Source of the DNA: Promethearchaeota archaeon
Lineage (GTDB): Archaea > Asgardarchaeota > Lokiarchaeia > Sigyniarchaeales > SOKP01
Direction: 5' to 3'
DNA: 64,000 nt
Assembly: GCA_016839585.1 (NCBI GenBank)
Contig: JAEOTZ010000050.1
Location: forward strand, 32,001 to 96,000
Part shown: in pieces, positions 59,037 through 64,000 of the stretch
Layout of the letters: each line of letters opens with the position of its first letter
How positions within the stretch are numbered: position 1 is the stretch's first letter
Notes under the pieces: generated by a model
The model's database searches: none
What the model was told of the DNA's origin: nothing
What the model saw: the letters and a program-made list of their open reading frames with translations, nothing else
Made by a program: the position numbers and the translations under genes

Positions 59037-60158
59037 CTATAAAAGATTTGGTGGGATCCCCTCATTAAAATATTTAGCACGCGTTATCCAATTTTCTGAA
59101 AATTCAGGGATCATAGCAAGTATTGAACCACCTATCCAAACAGAATAAGTTCTTTCAGTTGGTGCAATAATTCTAATAACTTGATTTTTTTTCTTTCTCC
59201 TCGCCAATTCAAGTTCTAATTCTTGGTAGATACGTGACTTAAGGTTTGGAAACATACTTGAACCCCCCGATAAAAAAATATTATTTAATAGATCAGGGCG
59301 AATATCCAAATCACAGGTTTCTACCACCTCCATGATTGCATGAGGTAATGAATCTTCTTCTAATTCTGAAGATGGATTGAATAAAAGTTCTGGAATCATA
59401 AATCGTTCCTGATTCAGTGTTATAGTAGAACCATCTGGTAAAGAATAATCTTTTGTATATTGTTCACTCCTATTTAAATCTTCCTTATAGTCTAATGAGA
59501 CAAAACAAGCTTTTTCCTTCAACACTCTGACTAATTCTCTTCTGATAGAAGAATCTACAGACCATCCAATAGATTCTAAAATTGTTTCCATATAACGAGT
59601 TAATACTCTCCCCCCAATATCTAAAATCTTTACGGCATGTTCTATTTTATAACCCTGATAAATGGGTACTATTCTGGTATTGCTATCACCAATTTCAATA
59701 ATTAAACCGGTTTGAAAACCTCCAGAATATAATGTTAGCATAGAATCTAATACTGGATAGAACGCCATACACTGATAACGTTCTAAAAAGAGCTCAAAAA
59801 TTCTTTCTAAATCATTATATGGAAATAATGGATGTATAGCGAATAATACATTAACAAGACTAGGATCTACTCGTAAGTTATAAAAGATATAGTCAATAAT
59901 ATTTTCAAAATGTTTCCAATCAACAATTATCCCCTTTTCAATAGGTTGAAATACTTTATATAAGCCAATTGATTGAATCTCATCACCTACATATAATTCT
60001 TTTTCCTCTAAATCCTTCAAACCATATTGAGTATCTAAAGATTGATATTTTGGCGTTCCAACTATAGTCAAAAACACTTGAGATGGTGTATCCTCTCCTG
60101 CAAATCCAATTTTTGAAGAAAATTGACCGATATCTAAAATAACAGTAAAATTTCCCAT
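59037..60158 (-). CDS. Asgard actin-related protein (actin family, 373 aa)
   Basis: DIG...KIGFAGEDTP..VF.TIVG.P, YVGDE, VPIYQG, GGR.LT.YM, KEKACFV, Y.LPDG, ERF.IPE.LFNP, LSGGSSMFP and ER.YSVWIGGSILA actin motifs. Confidence 0.95.
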   Translation of the reverse strand: MGNFTVILDIGQFSSKIGFAGEDTPSQVFLTIVGTPKYQSLDTQYGLKDLEEKELYVGDEIQSIGLYKVFQPIEKGIIVDWKHFENIIDYIFYNLRVDPSLVNVLFAIHPLFPYNDLERIFELFLERYQCMAFYPVLDSMLTLYSGGFQTGLIIEIGDSNTRIVPIYQGYKIEHAVKILDIGGRVLTRYMETILESIGWSVDSSIRRELVRVLKEKACFVSLDYKEDLNRSEQYTKDYSLPDGSTITLNQERFMIPELLFNPSSELEEDSLPHAIMEVVETCDLDIRPDLLNNIFLSGGSSMFPNLKSRIYQELELELARRKKKNQVIRIIAPTERTYSVWIGGSILAMIPEFSENWITRAKYFNEGIPPNLL

Positions 60159-60268
60159 ACCTTATTATAGTTTAAATTTATTTTTAAGATAAATACCCTA
60201 AATAACTATATCTAATATAATATTATATTAAGTCTAAGATATTAATTACTTTTACACTAATAAAATTT

Positions 60269-60490
60269 TTAGTGGTGTGTAATTAATTCTTTTTGCTCTT
60301 CTCTTGCATAGCCTCCTAACCCTGTTGTAGCTATAGTAACACTAATATTTGAACCTAAATCATGATATTTGAGAATAGTAACTCCACAAGAAATTAATTC
60401 ATCATCTGGATGACCAGCAAAAATAATTATCCTTTTAGGAACAACTATTGGAATTTCATTTTTACTTATCAAAAAAGGTTTATCTGACAT
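60269..60490 (-). pseudogene. 5' fragment of a PIG-L family deacetylase
   Basis: IIFAGHPDDELISCG.TI...IATTG.GG, truncated after about 73 aa. Confidence 0.75.
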
Positions 60491-60632
60491 GTAATTTACA
60501 AGTCTCAATTCTTAATTAAAAATTTTATGACACATGATGAAATAATCTATAAATTTAGAATTGTGTAATAAAATATTAAAAATGAGACAAATATAAATTG
60601 TAGAAAAAGAAATATTAGTTTCTTTGAGTTTC

Positions 60633-61334
60633 TTATTCTCCTCTCATTATCTTTTTTAATCGGTTTAATTCGTCTAACATTTCATCACGGAGAGAACTTA
60701 ATCCACCACCAGCTTTAGGAGCCATTGCAGTCATTGCTCCACCAGACGGTGTTGGAGGGCGAGCACCAGTTGGTGCCGCAGGAGGGCTGGGTCTTTTAGC
60801 AAATGAAGGTGGTTTTGCAGGTGGACCACCAGTAGTTGGTGCTTTTGGAGGAGTAGCTCCAGGAGTTGGTGCTGGAGGTAATTTTGGAGCAGGTGGTAAA
60901 TTGCCACGTATAGGAGGACCACCACTAGGCGCTTTAGGAGGAGCCCCAACAGTTGGTACTGATGGAATATCTCTCTTACCTGGACGTTTTGGAGGACTAC
61001 CGGCTATAGGGGGAGCACTAGGAGTCGCTGCTGCTGTTGCAGGTACAGGTGCACCCTCTTGACCACTTCCACTTAATAAACTAAATAATGTACTTGCAGC
61101 TTTCGTTTTTGCAGTAGTACTAGCTGGAGCAAGAACTTTTTTAGAGGAGGTACTCACAGTCGTAACTTCTTCTACAATATAAATCTCCTTTAAATCTTTT
61201 TGAGCTTTTGCTAAAGATTTAATAAAATCATTTATTCCTTTTACAGTTTCTCCTAGATCATCAGCGAGAGATGTTAAGCCTTTTTTCATAAAGTTTATAA
61301 CGCGTTCGATTTTTTTCTGTTCTTTTGAAACCAC
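60633..61334 (-). CDS. Coiled-coil + proline-rich + C-terminal WH2/VASP-like helix protein
   Basis: N-terminal amphipathic helices; about 110 aa of Pro/Ala/Gly-rich sequence (PPAPKLPPAPTP); C-terminal LRDEMLDELNRLKKI. Confidence 0.8.
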   Translation of the reverse strand: MVSKEQKKIERVINFMKKGLTSLADDLGETVKGINDFIKSLAKAQKDLKEIYIVEEVTTVSTSSKKVLAPASTTAKTKAASTLFSLLSGSGQEGAPVPATAAATPSAPPIAGSPPKRPGKRDIPSVPTVGAPPKAPSGGPPIRGNLPPAPKLPPAPTPGATPPKAPTTGGPPAKPPSFAKRPSPPAAPTGARPPTPSGGAMTAMAPKAGGGLSSLRDEMLDELNRLKKIMRGE

Positions 61335-61625
61335 GTTTTATTCAATTCCTCTCTTGTTTTTGAAAAATAGATGATAATTTATATTACTATTATAATTGAT
61401 TATATCTTTATTATATTAATATGTATTTATATTTTTATTCCATCCGTAAATAAAATTTTAATCCTTAGTATTACCAAATTCAAAAAAAAAAACATTAATT
61501 ATTATAAATCCTAAATCTAAAAATATTATATACTATATTTCATTGTATTTATTAAAAATTATAAATTAATTAAATTTTTTAAAATAAGATATTCTTTAAC
61601 TTTTTTAATATTAGGTGGGTTAAAG

Positions 61626-61892
61626 TTGCCAAAAAAGGAACTTTTCATTAAAAGGGTGTATGAGATTGTTAATGAACTAAAAATTCCATTAATTGATGAG
61701 CGTGTATACGACAAAGTGGGTTTTAGTACGTCATCAGCAATCGCAAATGTTATCTTCAGATTTGAAGAAGATGAATCTGTAATCAGAGGGTTTCTGGGAC
61801 TTGCTGAATACTTTCATACTGTTGTGATTAAAAAACGCGATGAATTTTACATCCCACATGCCTCTATCTTGTTCCATTTGATTAGTTCATAA
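61626..61892 (+). CDS. Hypothetical protein
   Basis: AGGTGG RBS then TTG; 88 aa. Confidence 0.7.
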   Translation: MPKKELFIKRVYEIVNELKIPLIDERVYDKVGFSTSSAIANVIFRFEEDESVIRGFLGLAEYFHTVVIKKRDEFYIPHASILFHLISS

Positions 61893-62002
61893 AGATTCTT
61901 TATTTTTTTTACTTTTCTTTTATTATCATATGAATTAAGTACTTCAGAATTAAATTTTTGTTAGATAGCATGGAAATTTTTTAATATTGAATTAATCAAG
62001 AG

Positions 62003-62713
62003 CTAAATATTTGAGATGTAATACTGGGAATTATTTAATATTTCCATTACTTCCTTCTCAGGAACATCATACCAATTTTTGTATGCATCAGCAACAGCAA
62101 ACCACATGACATCTCGAATATTAGGGCAAAAGATCTCATCCACCTCTAGAATAATTCTTTTAACTGTTCTCGAAGGAGCAGTTGGTACAGCTATAAAAAT
62201 TTTAGTAGGGTTATACTTTTTTATCATTTTAATTGCCGCTAACATCGTAAAACCTGAAGCTAATCCATCATCAAATATGAAAATATATTTATTTTGAATA
62301 TTTTTCTTATAATGTTCTTCTAAATTTACATCTTTATTATAAAATTTCAGTCTTTCTTGAATCTCCTGTTTTGTTAAATCAATTGAATCTTCTACTGCTT
62401 TTTCAGAAAGCCCCAATCGATTTAGTAGAGGTTCATTAATTAATATAGTGCCATCTGTAGTAACAGATCCAAAGCCTGCTTCTGTATTAAAAGGTATTTT
62501 TATTTTTCGTACGATTAAAATGTCATATTTGATGTTAAATTTGGAGCAAAAACCCTCACTTACAGAAATTCCTCCATTAGGAATGGCAAAACAAAAAAAA
62601 TAATTGGAATCTTGATTAATAAGGCTATTTAATACTTTAGCTTCCTCTTTAATAAATTCTGCTAAAAATTCTCCTGCTTTAAATCGAGATTCATATTGAT
62701 GTAATTTCATCAA
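62003..62713 (-). CDS. Type I phosphoribosyltransferase-like protein
   Basis: AIPNGG, VRKI.IP.N.E.GFG, PRPP loop IFDDGLASGFTM, AVP. Confidence 0.88.
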   Translation of the reverse strand: MMKLHQYESRFKAGEFLAEFIKEEAKVLNSLINQDSNYFFCFAIPNGGISVSEGFCSKFNIKYDILIVRKIKIPFNTEAGFGSVTTDGTILINEPLLNRLGLSEKAVEDSIDLTKQEIQERLKFYNKDVNLEEHYKKNIQNKYIFIFDDGLASGFTMLAAIKMIKKYNPTKIFIAVPTAPSRTVKRIILEVDEIFCPNIRDVMWFAVADAYKNWYDVPEKEVMEILNNSQYYISNI

Positions 62714-62917
62714 TACTAAAAAATAATATAATAATAAATAAAGTTAATCTAACATAGTTAGATTATTTAGTTTCTCGAAATTATAATAGAAATAAAAGAT
62801 TTAACTCTACCTTTTACATTTTTTTATAAAGTACCAATAAATATAAAAACCAAAACAACCTCTTATTTTCTTAATCAAACTTTAAAATTTAAAATATAAG
62901 AATATATTTGATGTTTT

Positions 62918-64000
62918 ATGAGAAATTTCAAAAAGAGTAAACTATACGTGTTAATTCTGTTAATTACTATTCCTACACTATTAGCATTAAGCTCACTAAT
63001 GACAAATGTTCAAGGAGGTCCTGACGATATACCTGTCGCACATCCTAACAATGGATGGCACTGGGATGTTGAAACAGGAGATCGGATCTATTTTGAAGGA
63101 GAATTCATCTTAACAAATGCTAGTACAGATGAAATCTATATGATGTTTAAGGATATCTGGATTTATAACATAACTTCTATTAAAAATGTAACAATTGATG
63201 CTGGTTTTGGAGTAAGGGATTACTCTCAAGTGAACGCCACAAGTTGTTATTATGATCTTTCTGAGATAGAAGCATATGATGATCCCCAAGAACTTGCCCT
63301 CTTCGGATATAATGCTTCTGATCCAATTAAGCATAAATATATGGCAGGTCACAATGGAATGCCTTTTTTACTTCCTTTGAACGACTCAGTTATAGAAGTA
63401 GATATTTTAGCAGATATATTAAATGAATCATTTTATGGTTCCCCAATGTATCAAATGGCATTCAATCGTTTTGATTATTATGAATCAGGATCAAATAGGA
63501 TATACTTTTATAATACATCTGAATTTTATTTCACTGAGGGGTATTATTTTGATAATGGAACAATGGAAAAAGGGTCAGCATTCTTAACTGCTAACATGGG
63601 TGCAGGTCCGATATACATAAATGCTACAATGAAACAGGTCTTCGATTATAATGTCACGGATGAGGTTGAGTGGGGTGTAAATGTTGGAGATACCTTTTAC
63701 TATGATGCAATTGAAAATGAAGATACAGTTAATGACGCTATGGATTGGAAACTAAATATTTCAGGCTTTTCTGATATTTTATTAAATAAAACTAAAAATG
63801 GATTCTCAGAGGAAGAACCAGTTTACATGGTATATCAAGCTGTTTATGCTGAAAGGTCCATGTGGAATGGAACTGATTATGAATATTTCGACAATGTAAT
63901 GGTAGGTACAGCTAATAATTTTTATCCTCAATACTATGATGATGCAGCAGAGGATGGAGTAATGCCTTTCATCTGGCCCATTAATGTTCCAAAGGAACAC
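62918..64000 (+). CDS. Secreted surface glycoprotein, partial (runs off the window; absent from the ORF track)
   Basis: MRNFKKSKLYVLILLITIPTLLALSSLMTNVQG signal peptide; repeated W.V..GD..Y modules; open to 64000. Confidence 0.85.
   Translation, partial: MRNFKKSKLYVLILLITIPTLLALSSLMTNVQGGPDDIPVAHPNNGWHWDVETGDRIYFEGEFILTNASTDEIYMMFKDIWIYNITSIKNVTIDAGFGVRDYSQVNATSCYYDLSEIEAYDDPQELALFGYNASDPIKHKYMAGHNGMPFLLPLNDSVIEVDILADILNESFYGSPMYQMAFNRFDYYESGSNRIYFYNTSEFYFTEGYYFDNGTMEKGSAFLTANMGAGPIYINATMKQVFDYNVTDEVEWGVNVGDTFYYDAIENEDTVNDAMDWKLNISGFSDILLNKTKNGFSEEEPVYMVYQAVYAERSMWNGTDYEYFDNVMVGTANNFYPQYYDDAAEDGVMPFIWPINVPKEH

Noticed and set aside
1-64000. tRNA, rRNA, SRP or RNase P RNA genes
   Set aside because: No GC-rich cloverleaf or rRNA-like segments were seen in any intergenic gap

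Overview
A very AT-rich, gene-dense chromosomal segment, almost certainly from an Asgard archaeon (Lokiarchaeia/Promethearchaeota). The evidence is an actin-related protein, two small-GTPase proteins, a RING-variant protein, Loki-CTERM-type C-terminal anchors, the Loki-expanded EFWxHCSNxQAW domain, PAS-only histidine kinase architecture and GGTGA ribosome-binding sites. Housekeeping genes are gpmA, purD, a type IA topoisomerase, TrmJ, an M32 carboxypeptidase, a CDP-alcohol phosphatidyltransferase and an NAD-dependent ligase. They are interleaved with eukaryote-signature clusters and a decaying variable region (about 40.1-49.1 kb) full of gene fragments. No rRNA, tRNA, CRISPR array or transposase was seen. 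Best leads: (1) an actin-related gene with altered catalytic residues, co-oriented with a coiled-coil/proline-rich/WH2-like protein resembling a eukaryotic actin nucleation-promoting factor; (2) at least three genes that appear to start at ATA, ATC or ACG exactly 6 nt after a GGTG(A/T) Shine-Dalgarno; (3) a divergent RHH / cyclin-fold regulator pair linked to an array of uncharacterised paralogs; (4) a split three-module Pls-like membrane acyltransferase; (5) a nested three-helix non-coding hairpin; (6) single-gene insertions flanked by decayed copies of neighbouring gene ends. All family assignments come from motif recognition by eye, not from database searches.
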